Shown here: positions 1 through 9,632 of the stretch, piece by piece
Numbering within the stretch: the stretch's first letter is position 1
Layout: each line of letters opens with the position of its first letter
Assembly (NCBI GenBank): GCA_002794465.1
Contig: MTSL01000159.1
Span: 91,298-123,297, forward strand
Direction: 5' to 3'
Length of the DNA: 32,000 bases
Origin: Paramicrosporidium saccamoebae KSL3
Lineage: Eukaryota; Fungi; Cryptomycota
Notes under the pieces: generated by a model
The model's input: the letters and a program-made list of their open reading frames with translations, nothing else
Database searches by the model: none
Told to the model about the DNA's origin: nothing
Made by a program: the position numbers and the translations under genes

Positions 1-2
1 CG

Positions 3-1154
3 GGGGATCTGGATCAGGCCCGTTCTCTCATGTCGCAGATACTCGCCCTTCAAGGCAATCCCACAAAGTCTGTCAAAGCAAAGTTACTGGCACAGGCAAA
101 AGAGTGTCAAGAGGCAGCGCGGATTATGATGAATCGTGGTGATCGCACCGCAGCATCCGACTTTACCCGAAAGGAGAAAGCCTTTGCTTTGGATGTAAAG
201 AAGGGCGTACAGGGCGAAAAGGAGACGGTACAGGTAGAACTGCCCGTTGATACGACTAACTACAACGTGGCTCCTGACGAGCTCTCCGTCCATCTATCAG
301 CACTAACATTGTCCAAAAGAAGTAAGATGACACCCTCTGCCAAGGTCGAGTACTTTATTCAAACGTTGTTGGAGTGGCCGGTGGACGATGCGACTAACCA
401 TCGCCAAAACACTGCCAAATTTGCCATTGCAACAAATTCGGCCGAGTTGATGGATAGGAAAATCACATACAAGGCCATTAAACGCGATATGCGCTCCATC
501 AAGTTTTTTGAGCATCACAAGATACGGGTGGAGCTTTATCGCGTGGAGAGCAGCTTTTTCCGTACTAAAAATGTTCTGGTGGGCTGGACGGCGCTCCGGA
601 TGGGTCCACTGACTGCCGAAACACGCACAGAAGAGACACTCGACTTGGTCGATGAGAATCGTAAACAAATTGGAGTGTCAATAACAGTCGCGTTGGAATT
701 GCGCACTCCTCTAAAGAGCTCCTCACAGTCCATGAAGACGGCCAATTGGGTTGTCATGGTGGATGGTGAATCAGGACGAATCTTTAATCCTCCGCCACCA
801 GAATCTGTCGAGGCCGACACCATAGTTTCCTGCATTAGAAGCTATGTTGTCTTGGAGCACGAAATCGCCCGTCTGAAAGCAGATCCTGTCGCTGAGACTG
901 ATCCTGCCTTGGTAGCTCTCCTGGGAGCCCTAGAAGGCAAATTATATGATCTGACCGTCAAGGTAGAATTAGGACAGCTCTCCATGGAGGATTACTTGTC
1001 CAATGTACAGGATGCCATTCCCGAGGCAAAAAGAATGGCATTGGAATGTAAACGCGCTGGGAAAATGAATGACGCCCGGAACTGGTTGAAACATGTGCAC
1101 ATGATGGAAGAGGAAATTTCTGAAGCCCAACAAGAGCCCGAAGATGCAGCATAA
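3..1154 (+). CDS. CC2D1/Lgd-like protein (DM14-like helices + C2 domain), 5'-truncated at the window edge
   Basis: The frame is open from base 3 (GDLDQARSLM...). It contains DM14-like segments (AKECQEAARIMMNRGDRTAA; EAKRMALECKRAGKMNDARNWL), a C2-like beta region (KIRVELYRVESSFFRTKNVLVGWTALRMGPL...IGVSITVALELRTPL) and the C-terminal SYVVLEHEI...GQLSMEDYL block that I recognise from CC2D1A/B. Confidence 0.65.
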   Translation, partial: GDLDQARSLMSQILALQGNPTKSVKAKLLAQAKECQEAARIMMNRGDRTAASDFTRKEKAFALDVKKGVQGEKETVQVELPVDTTNYNVAPDELSVHLSALTLSKRSKMTPSAKVEYFIQTLLEWPVDDATNHRQNTAKFAIATNSAELMDRKITYKAIKRDMRSIKFFEHHKIRVELYRVESSFFRTKNVLVGWTALRMGPLTAETRTEETLDLVDENRKQIGVSITVALELRTPLKSSSQSMKTANWVVMVDGESGRIFNPPPPESVEADTIVSCIRSYVVLEHEIARLKADPVAETDPALVALLGALEGKLYDLTVKVELGQLSMEDYLSNVQDAIPEAKRMALECKRAGKMNDARNWLKHVHMMEEEISEAQQEPEDAA

Positions 1155-1332
1155 GCAGTGGTATGGGTAGAGCGTTAGTGTGGGTGGAGTATTAAGGTGG
1201 GCGGGGTAATTGGTGCCATACGGTGAAAATCTAGTGCTCAATGGTATGGATCTATAATGGAAGTATCAACACTGAACCACTTGAATAATGCGACTATCGT
1301 AAACAACACTCACTATCAAATCATTATATACT

Positions 1333-3435
1333 CTAAATACATTCCATCTCTCGTTTCTTCATCCTCGTGTCAATGCAATTTGTAAGTCTCCATAGGATGG
1401 GCGCCAGGATCATTCCCAACGCTGTCACTCCCGCCAGAACATAGTACGATTCACCTGTAATCAATCCCAATCTCCTTCCACGCGCACCCAACATTAAGGC
1501 CAATTCGCTGACCTGAGCAAGATCCACTCCCACCGTGATTGCATGACGCCATTCCAGAGATAATGTCTTCATAATGATAGTGGTGAGGAGAGCCTTTACT
1601 ACGACAATGAATACGGACAATGGGACGAGAAGGAAGAGCTCCCCCCAGAGGAAGCGCATGTCGAGTAATAGACCAACTGAGGCAAAGAAGAAGATGGAGG
1701 CAAATTCGCTGAGAGTAACGATACGCTGATCGCGTGTCTCATGGAGGGCATGGTACACCGGATGGTCGGCGGGGGTAAACGTGGAGACGGCCATTGCTGC
1801 TAGGAACACGCCCAACTCGACTGACACTCCAAAATGATGGCCAGTAATAGTTGCCAGTGCAACAAATCCAATGACTCGCAGATGATCAAACATGGTCCAC
1901 GGAGCAATAGCGACAATGAGACGACTGACTAACATGACGGCAGCTGTGTATGCCGTCGTCCTTACTATAAAAAGGACCACAGTGCTCACAAAATTCCACG
2001 TTCCCGCATGTCCCGAAGCAAACACTGGGAGGATGGCCAAAGCAATGCAGAAGAGCAAATCTTGCGCCACCAGTACTCCCATTACCGATTTGCCAACAAT
2101 CGTCCCTATCACTCCCTTGTCCCCGCTGGATTGAAGACATTTGACTGCAACAACGGTGCTGGACAATGACAGAATCAACCCCACAAACAGGGATTGCTGA
2201 AAGGAGACTTGGAACAGGTATATTCCCACCAGACAGGAAAGAAAGGAGCTGGCCACTCCCATCAACAGAGTCCCCAGCAGAGAGATCATCCAGACGGCTT
2301 GAATTTTGTCAAGGGAGAATTCAAGCCCCAAGCTGCACACAACCATCAAAAGACAAAATTGCCCAAAGGTATTGATCTGCATCAAGTTTTGGATCATGTC
2401 GAAACAGCTGGGTCCCAGCAGCATCCCAGCAGATAGATAGCCCAAGAAGGCAGGCAAGGAACATAGCTCAAAAATCATCCCGAGCAAAATAGATCCCACT
2501 AAGAGTGCCAGCAATTCTCCGAGAAACTTGCCGTCTTCGCCAACAATGGCCAGATTCGAGGGTCTCGAGAGTACAAATCGATTGTTGTATGGATCAATAA
2601 TACTCCCGGCTGAATGTCCGGTTACATTCCTGTGAGTGGCCTCGTCATTTGGATGCAATTGCCCCTCATCCTCTCCCGGCACCCGGATCACAGTCTCCAA
2701 ATGAGCCAATCCTGCCTTGTGCAGCTTTGCAAACACATCGCCTCCCGAATTCTCAATTTGCTTGACCAAATCCCCAATATCGTGTTTCACTGAATCGATC
2801 CAAGTGCCGTTTCCATTGTCGACATTGCTGTGTTTGTGGGCCACAATCTTGATCACGCCATGCTTTTCCTCAAAATTATCGTCGATGCGCATTTTTCCCT
2901 GTTCATTCACCTCTTTCAATCCAACGACATTCTGTTGCAGGGTGTCAATGGCCAGCTCACCCACCGCTTGTAGGGCGCTGTATCGGTCACGAAGGAACTT
3001 TTCCGAATGTTCGCCCTTCCCGCTCATCATCTCGATGCCCTTTTGGATCCACCCGGGAACCTCAATGAGCAGCTTGTCAAAGTATCCCCATTGCACCAGC
3101 TGCAACACTATCGGCTCCAGGAGGAGTTGGTCTCGCAGGGTCAGGTTGGCACGCTGGAGCACTTGTGGCAGGACCGCCACTGTCGCATTAGCGGGCAATC
3201 CAAGGGCTCCCAGGTACTTGTGCCGGTACCTCCTAATCTGCTCCATCGACGCAACCAATCTGCGTTGGTCATCATGCAACAGTCGCGATTCCTGTGGTCC
3301 CCAATCCCGACGTATAATGGGGGCTAAAAGACTAAACAGAACGTAGCAGGCCATGCCGACGATGGCAATGGTTGTGATAAACAATAGGAACAAGAGGATG
3401 GGCGGGGAATTGCTGCGTCGATGTCGGTCGTTCAT
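1333..3435 (-). CDS. CPA2-family K+/H+ antiporter, TMCO3/KEA-like
   Basis: 700-aa ORF with an N-terminal TM anchor, a long soluble/coiled region and about 12 hydrophobic helices. CPA2 motifs: LPAFLGYLSAGMLLGP, LGLEFSLDK, LSLSSTVVAVKCL, GVLVAQD, LAQVSELALMLG. Confidence 0.85.
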   Translation of the reverse strand: MNDRHRRSNSPPILLFLLFITTIAIVGMACYVLFSLLAPIIRRDWGPQESRLLHDDQRRLVASMEQIRRYRHKYLGALGLPANATVAVLPQVLQRANLTLRDQLLLEPIVLQLVQWGYFDKLLIEVPGWIQKGIEMMSGKGEHSEKFLRDRYSALQAVGELAIDTLQQNVVGLKEVNEQGKMRIDDNFEEKHGVIKIVAHKHSNVDNGNGTWIDSVKHDIGDLVKQIENSGGDVFAKLHKAGLAHLETVIRVPGEDEGQLHPNDEATHRNVTGHSAGSIIDPYNNRFVLSRPSNLAIVGEDGKFLGELLALLVGSILLGMIFELCSLPAFLGYLSAGMLLGPSCFDMIQNLMQINTFGQFCLLMVVCSLGLEFSLDKIQAVWMISLLGTLLMGVASSFLSCLVGIYLFQVSFQQSLFVGLILSLSSTVVAVKCLQSSGDKGVIGTIVGKSVMGVLVAQDLLFCIALAILPVFASGHAGTWNFVSTVVLFIVRTTAYTAAVMLVSRLIVAIAPWTMFDHLRVIGFVALATITGHHFGVSVELGVFLAAMAVSTFTPADHPVYHALHETRDQRIVTLSEFASIFFFASVGLLLDMRFLWGELFLLVPLSVFIVVVKALLTTIIMKTLSLEWRHAITVGVDLAQVSELALMLGARGRRLGLITGESYYVLAGVTALGMILAPILWRLTNCIDTRMKKREMECI

Positions 3436-3610
3436 GCTCCGAAAATAGACGGGTCTTGTTATTATTGGCTCTCGCAGCCAGCGGGCATCCCAAACAGGGA
3501 ATATATAGCAGCATTATCAATGGGGGAATTTGCGATTTTATTATATTGGAAGGGGCCCCCATTAAGATAAGAATCATTGTGACCATTGCTGATTGGTTGG
3601 TTTCCGTTGT
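3436..3610. promoter_or_regulatory. Bidirectional promoter between the antiporter and KHDC4-like genes, with a consensus CCAAT box
   Basis: Divergent ATGs at 3435 (-) and 3611 (+). gctgATTGGttgg at 3592-3596 reads CCAACCAATCAGC on the minus strand. Confidence 0.5.
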
Positions 3611-4924
3611 ATGACTAGGTAAGACTCGCGGCTCTTCTAACCGGCAGAAAGCGCAAGTGGGACCTCGATGACCATGGTCAAGTGGTGGAGGCCGTATCTG
3701 AAGAGGGAAAGCCTGCAGTAAACCTGGTGGAGGACGAAAAGTCCTTGGTTGAGGAAAAGCCCTTGGTTGAGGCAAAGTCCTTAGGTGAGGCAAAGCCCTT
3801 GGTTGAGGCAAAGTCCTTAGTTGAGGAAAAGTCCTTAGGTGAGGCAAAGTCCTTGGGCGAGGAAAAGCGCCCAGAGTCTGTGGTAGAAGAGCGGGCGAAA
3901 AGACCGGCAAACACCGCAGTAGACTCTGCCGTTGAAGCAGCGAGTCGTATTGCCGCTGCTTTAAAGGAGCCAGATGTGCCTACAATCACTGCCACAAGAC
4001 CAACTAGCTCCATTGCCGCGACCATTGGACTAGAAGACGATACTGTATCTATGGATTCAGCGCTAATTATTTTATAGAAGCCAAAGGCAGAGGGGCGTTT
4101 CAAAAAGACGATGGACGTCAATGACTCTCGTCATCGGTACTATCTAATCAAATTGCAGACACTTCATGAGATTGAAGCACATTCAGGTGCAACGCTTAGT
4201 GTGCGTGGCAAGTATTATCCAGACCGCAGCATGGCCACTGAGAAGGATCCTGCTCTTTGCGTGGACGTGTTCGGACACTCCCAGTCGGCTGTCGACAAGG
4301 CAGTGGAGCGGTTAGGGGAACTGATGGAAACGGGGCCGCCGGCACACAAAGAGCTTGCGGAAAAGGTCTATGCGCCATTCGACCCCGATTCGGCACCAGG
4401 TATCAATTTCCGGGCAAAGATCTTGGGACCCCAAGTACCGAATGAGATGATTTTTGATAGTGTAGGGCTCATATTTGAGACACATACAAAAGGAGAGCGG
4501 GGCGAGGGCGAATTTGCGGGGTCGGGCGTCAGGATACATAGAAATTGGACAACGAGAGGAGCAAGTAGAGCCTCTACATATTTATTTGACGGCGGATCGT
4601 CCAGTCGAGCTGGAATATGCCAAGAAGCTGGCCGAGGACTTGCTGGCCACGGTTAAGGCAGAGATGGATGCGATGCGCATGGTTCCCACCATGTACGGAC
4701 AGGGAATGCCACAGTACCCTTATCCGATGCAATATGGCTATCCGCCCATGTCCTACGGAACGACCAACCAAGTCGCCGCTCCCATGGCCAGCTATCCCAC
4801 CAACTATAACACTCAATATCCTTACCCTCCTCAACAACCCCAACAATCTCAACAATCCCAGCCACCGCCGCCAGGGAGCAGAGATTATCACAATGTGCCT
4901 CCTCCAAAGGGTTTATACAAGTAA
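3611..4924 (+). CDS. KH-domain RNA-binding protein, KHDC4/BLOM7-like; join(3611..3618,3648..4044,4078..4434,4466..4924)
   Basis: Three GT-AG introns of 29, 33 and 31 nt join three ORFs in frame. The product begins MTRKRKWD and contains KH-like blocks (DVNDSRHRYYL...GATLSVRGKYYPD; FRAKILGPQGSYLRHIQKESGARANLRGRASG...EPLHIYL...AKKLAEDLL), followed by a Tyr/Pro/Gln-rich tail. Confidence 0.85.
3730..3873 (+). repeat. Coding 18-nt tandem repeat, 8 units, encoding [V/G]E[E/A]K[S/P]L
   Basis: Units such as gttgaggcaaagtcctta and ggtgaggcaaagcccttg start at 3730, 3748, 3766, 3784, 3802, 3820, 3838 and 3856; the first and last units are degenerate. Confidence 0.9.
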
Positions 4925-4955
4925 AGCATAATTGTATTGTTATCGTAAGACCATC

Positions 4956-5551
4956 ATGTCGGCTGAGGGGGCAGACTCGCCAAAGTTGGGATTAGCCGTG
5001 CTTACCAATTTGAGCCGCGTAAGAAGGTTGGCGCTAATTGACTATTGTAGAGGTATCAGTACTGGGTGGATAGAACAACTCCCCACATGGTCCCCCGGTG
5101 GATCACCACCTGTACCTTGTTACTCTTGTTTCTTTTGCGAATTATCACGTACCAAGGCTTCTATGTGATTGCATACGCGCTGGGAATTTACCTGTTGAAC
5201 ACATTTCTCCTCTTCCTCTCACCTCGTCACGACCCTGCCGAGCTTTCCAATGACACGCCCCTCGAAGCCGAGCCCTCCCTGCCCTCCCTGCCCTCCCGCC
5301 GGGACGACGAATTCCGACCGTTTGTGAGGAGACTGCCTGAATTTCGGTTTTGGTACAATGCGACTTGGGCCACGGTCATTGGACTGGGATGCACCATATT
5401 CCCCGCCTTGGACTTGCCGGTGTTTTGGCCCATCTTGCTGTTCTACTTTATAACTCTGACAGTTTTGACAATGCGAAGACAGATTGCCCACATGATCAAG
5501 TACAAATATGTGCCGTTTGATATTGGAAAGAAGCAATATACTCGATCCTAG
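4956..5551 (+). CDS. RER1: Golgi-to-ER retrieval receptor Rer1; join(4956..5018,5051..5551)
   Basis: Hallmark motifs YALGIYLLNTFLLFLSP, DDEFRPFVRRLPEFRFW, VFWPILLFYF, RRQIAHMIKYKYVPFDIGK. A 32-nt GTAAGA...CTAAT...TAG intron restores the N-terminus in frame. Confidence 0.95.
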
Positions 5552-5813
5552 CCTGATTTACTATAAATAAAGCGTCTGTATTGAGGTGGTACAGGGTAGA
5601 GTGGACGAAATTATGCTGACAAATACCATGTTAAACTTTTGAATATATTTCACAACTTTTAAAGATATTCTGCAACTTGAATAAATTCTATTTTGAGTAT
5701 ACTATATTATTGAATAGATCATCTCGGGTAAAGTACGTCGGATGGAGCAAGAGTACTGGATGGATTTTACATTCAATACACCTCTCTTTCTTGTCTCTTC
5801 ACTTTTTACTTTA

Positions 5814-7055
5814 TCACCACCAGTCATTGTAGTGTCCAATGTAGTACATGGCCACCATCATCACCATCATGAGAGTCACAATAATGAAGAATGGAATCAG
5901 TGGCACCCAGCCATCGATTCCAGGTTGGCCCGGCACGGCTACATTCATCCCCCAGATCCCACTGACCAAGGATAGGGGTAGAACTAGTGCTGCGGCTGCC
6001 GTCAACTTCTTCATCACAATGTTCATCCGGTTGCTGGCTTCATTCAGCTCAATGCTAATGTGCGCAAGATAGTTGCTATGCGATCGGTTGAGGGTTTCAC
6101 TGTATTGCTCAAGATTTTGGATATCGGTGAGCACGTGGTCGTTGACGTCACGGAGGTAAATGAGGGTATGTTCACGGAGAAACTCGGGACATCGCGTAGT
6201 GAGAATCTTGAGAATCTCAATTTTTGGTTTGAGAAGACGTTGCAGATGGGTCACTCTTTTGCGTGCCCGTCCAATGCGCCGTAGCATATCGCTTTGCTCC
6301 GAGTGGGTGAGGAAAAGGACCAACTCGTCAATAGTATCCACCTCCAACTCGAGATTCTGCATCTGCGGAAGGAACTCATCTACTGCATCATCTAGGAGCG
6401 AATACATGACCCAGTCGGACGACAATGCCAATTGGGACGTCTTCAGGCCATACATTCGACGCAACACCCTCCGGATGTGCGGAATGGGTTCGTGATGGAT
6501 GCTGATTACGTAATTCTGAAACACCAACATGTACAGAACGGCGGGACTGTTCAAATCCAGTCCATCCATAGAGGGTCTCCTCCCCAGATTATTAGTGGTC
6601 GAGGAAAGGAATTTCTGGTCACAGGTCTGTATGCAGAGAAAGAGATAGTGTTCAAATATTTCGCACTTTTCCCTCGAGTCGGCCATTTGCACATCCTCAA
6701 TGGACAACGGATGCACTCCAAAGACACTGGCCAGTCTAGACAAGTCGTCACTGTTCGGTGTGACAATGTCTATCCAAAACGGTTCCTTTGATCCACTGAA
6801 CATGTCGTTGGTGACTTCGCCAGGCTGCAGGAGCGCGTCCAACGACCATGCTTGTCGGATATCCGTATCATTGGAATAATATGTATATTTGATGGATGGC
6901 GAATACGCCTGGAATGGCTTACTGAACGAGGCAGGATTGGACAGGTCGGTTCGGGAGGAATCCGAGGGCGGTTCAAACGAAGGGACCCTCCGTAACGAGT
7001 CCATCGCAATTATTGAATGGCGCGTCCCAGTGGTGGGTGTACTTGGCTCGCTCAT
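5814..7055 (-). CDS. CorA/Alr1/Mnr2-family Mg2+ transporter (copy 1)
   Basis: FWIDI...FGVHPLSIEDVQ...REKCEIF, LLDDAVDEF, EQSDMLRRIG, NRMNIVMKKLT, and two C-terminal TM helices with the GMN signature (GIWGMNVAVPG). Confidence 0.92.
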   Translation of the reverse strand: MSEPSTPTTGTRHSIIAMDSLRRVPSFEPPSDSSRTDLSNPASFSKPFQAYSPSIKYTYYSNDTDIRQAWSLDALLQPGEVTNDMFSGSKEPFWIDIVTPNSDDLSRLASVFGVHPLSIEDVQMADSREKCEIFEHYLFLCIQTCDQKFLSSTTNNLGRRPSMDGLDLNSPAVLYMLVFQNYVISIHHEPIPHIRRVLRRMYGLKTSQLALSSDWVMYSLLDDAVDEFLPQMQNLELEVDTIDELVLFLTHSEQSDMLRRIGRARKRVTHLQRLLKPKIEILKILTTRCPEFLREHTLIYLRDVNDHVLTDIQNLEQYSETLNRSHSNYLAHISIELNEASNRMNIVMKKLTAAAALVLPLSLVSGIWGMNVAVPGQPGIDGWVPLIPFFIIVTLMMVMMVAMYYIGHYNDWW

Positions 7056-7135
7056 TGCGGCTAGAGACGGAGGCGCTCGGCTTGTTGAGGTGTCGTGTTA
7101 CAAGGCGCACGAATAGACAGCCTCTCCTGCAACTG

Positions 7136-7395
7136 CCAATGGATAGGAATGCAACCGTCGCCTGGAGAACCAATCAACGACGAGAGTCTCGCCAATCAAT
7201 GAAAACCGTTCCACCAATCTGGTATGCCGGAATTTTCGTTTTGGTCACATCCAAGTTGAGATTGTCAGTAATAAGCCAATGCTGTCTAGCAGAGACGCCA
7301 ACTGTAAGCAGATCCTGTTGATTAGCGAAAGTGCATCTTTATTAAAGACAGCATTATAGACCACGGCTTGTGGGGTAGCTATCATAGGAACCAAT
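7136..7395. promoter_or_regulatory. Cluster of six CCAAT boxes upstream of CorA copy 1 (putative NF-Y/HAP sites)
   Basis: CCAAT on the + strand at 7136, 7170, 7192, 7214, 7276 and 7391. Several are in RRCCAATC context (aaccaatca, cgccaatca, aaccaatcg). Confidence 0.5.
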
Positions 7396-7442
7396 CGTAA
7401 GCGGATACTGTTGAGCGGTCTTTAGACAATTTATTATCGACA

Positions 7443-8630
7443 TTACCATTCGGAATCATCATTATCGGAATCTGAATGGGCAAGTTTCCTATTCCTCTCC
7501 GCCAGCGCCTTGGCTAACATGCTGGCCATAATGTCTGACTGATCATCAGAGGCTACCGATGGGGTGTTGAGACTATTTGTCGAGTTGGATCGTTCAACAG
7601 CTCGCAATTGCTGCTTGTCCGTATTCCTAATACTAGCTAATAGATTTGCACGGCCGGCGTCCATTGGCACAGCCTGTGGAGTTGGTTTTGGATTCAAAAG
7701 GCCTTCCTCTGGCATCGGGACTTCTCGTTGTGTATTAAGCATTGGACTTTCTTGTCGAGTTTCAGGCCGTGATCGGGTGGGCGGAGGTGGGGCCGGGCCC
7801 TTGATGGACTTTGCAGGTGGTGGGGGAGGGGGGCCCTTATTCCTTGTTTTGAAGCTCTGTTGTGAACTACTCTTCCCTGGCCCATCCATCTGCTTTACAA
7901 AGTCTGCAATAAAGCCAGCCGTATCCTTGTTCTCAAGTTGCTCCGTAGTCACTCCGGCCTTCTGGAAGATTGCTTTCCATTCGGCAGGGATGTTCTGCAC
8001 ATCAAAGGCACCCGTTGATGCATTAAATCCAATGTGCGCCAAATGTCGAAATTCGGTTGGATCACCAATATCGTTAGCAGTCAGCTCGCTGGACCGGCGC
8101 TTGTCCTTTTTGGATCTAAACAGTCCAAAGAATCCGCCACTCTCCTTGTCCGTGACCGATTTAATAGAGCCCTCCCGACTGGGCGAATTGTCACCCGATC
8201 TACGCGACGAAAGTTGCAATATCTCTGACTTTTGATAGACAACCTGTGCAAAGTCTGCCGCTTCCTTCTCGTCTGCAAACAGCAGCCCAATCTGCCGTCC
8301 GTCGTCCGATTCGAAAGAATGGAAAAAGTCACAATCCAAACGGTATTCAAAATCAAAGCACACTTCGTGTTCCCACACAATTCTTGCATTATCCAGATGG
8401 ACAAGTCGAAAGAAGAGTCCGCCGAGGGTGCGGTCTTTGAGGAGCACCAAGGCGCCCTCATGTCCTTGCGGAGTCCACCGGTCCGGCCGCATGCTGGTCA
8501 AGTACAGCTTTGCCACTGTAGCGGCCACAATCTACCAAGTTATTTACACTTAAAAGCGGACTACCTCGACCTTTGGACCCAAAGCGGACTTTATGGTATT
8601 TTTGTCAGCCGACCTTATAGTGCCGACCAT
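7443..8630 (-). CDS. WAS: WASP-family actin nucleation-promoting factor; complement(join(7443..8531,8565..8630))
   Basis: Domain order: WH1 (VAKLYL...GALVLL...FFRLV...IVWEHE...FFHSFE...GLLFADEKEA), basic patch, CRIB (IGDPTEFRHLAHIGF), polyproline, WH2 (GRANLLASIRN...QLRAVE), central helix, and acidic tail ending in W. A 33-nt intron adds an ATG-containing first exon (MVGTIRSADKNTIKSALGPKVE). Confidence 0.93.
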
Positions 8631-8961
8631 TTAACAAGAAATGTGTTTCTAAACACGTGAGATAGCATATCAGGAGCGGGGATTTGGGAAGAGTACAGCT
8701 ACAGGTCCCAGCCCTTTGACGCTAAATAGCACATTGATTTACAAATTCCAACCCGAGAATCCATCTCATTTATATGGTTCAAAAAGCTATCCCATACAGG
8801 AACCTCATTTCATACAACTCGAAAATCTAGCTGTCGTGTAGTGGGGATAATACCACAAACGGGAAGGGGGATTCGTTCACTGCTAATCATAGAATGGTAT
8901 GGATACACATCCCACTATCCTCAAATACCCGGCAAAGTGGTCCACTCTAGCACACAAATAC

Positions 8962-9035
8962 CCAACTAATCGACCCTCTGCCTCTACGTCACTTAGCCAA
9001 CTAATCAATCCTCTGCCTCTACGTCATATAGCCAA
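8962..9035. repeat. 35-bp tandem duplication (2 copies plus a partial third)
   Basis: ccaactaatcgaccctctgcctctacgtcacttag (8962-8996), ccaactaatcaatcctctgcctctacgtcatatag (8997-9031), then ccaa. Confidence 0.9.
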
Positions 9036-9047
9036 TACGTGTAAATC

Positions 9048-9632
9048 TCATTTTATATAACGGTCCATAAATTTACGATGAAAGTCGGACCTCAGAGTAT
9101 CATTGACAAAGCGCTTTTTCGTCTTTGTTTTGGGCTTGTTCTGGTTTTTAAACACTACATCATCGTCCCATCGACGTTTTACTGTAAACGAGTTACGGTC
9201 TGGATCAAGTAGCGGGTTGCCGTGTATGCTGCGCTCCAGCTTGGCGCTGTCTTGACGGAGTCGTTCTGCTTCACGCTCCTTTTTAATCTTTTCCAGCTCG
9301 AGCAGCAATGCCTCTGTGTCATCCTCTTCTTCCTCTTCCTCTTCCTCTTCCGAATCTGAATCTGAATCTGAATTAGAACCAGCTTCAGGTTCAGAGACAC
9401 TTGCCTGAAGCAGCTCAATATCTTTATCATCTTCAACATTCACGACACTCTGCTTCTCGCCAAGTAGTTCGGCACGCAAGTCTCGTTTCCTCATCTCCTC
9501 TGGCGCTCCTTGTCCCGTCTGTCGCAGTTTTAGCTTTGCATGAGCAGTAAGGTCGCGGCTGCTGTATTGGGCGGTCGTAGCGGTGGCCGAGCCAGTGGCA
9601 GCGGACCAAGTAGGGCGTGACGCATTCGACAT
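9048..9632 (-). CDS. CWC15: Spliceosomal NTC-associated protein Cwc15
   Basis: RPTW...YSSRDLTAHAKLKLRQ, acidic stretch, DTEALLLELEKIKKER, GNPLL, VKRRWDDDVVFKNQ, FVNDTLRSDFHRKFMDRYIK. Confidence 0.95.
   Translation of the reverse strand: MSNASRPTWSAATGSATATTAQYSSRDLTAHAKLKLRQTGQGAPEEMRKRDLRAELLGEKQSVVNVEDDKDIELLQASVSEPEAGSNSDSDSDSEEEEEEEEEDDTEALLLELEKIKKEREAERLRQDSAKLERSIHGNPLLDPDRNSFTVKRRWDDDVVFKNQNKPKTKTKKRFVNDTLRSDFHRKFMDRYIK

Noticed and set aside
7100-7430. Possible micro-exon gene, suggested by two similar GTAAGC-starting segments (near 7304 and 7397) and ORF 7013..7321
   Set aside because: No consistent spliced ORF or recognisable protein could be built. The CCAAT cluster explains the region better as a promoter.
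8828-8890. tRNA-like stretch (gtgtagtgggg...ccac...gattcg)
   Set aside because: It has an A-box-like segment but no GTTCRA T-loop, acceptor stem or anticodon arm.
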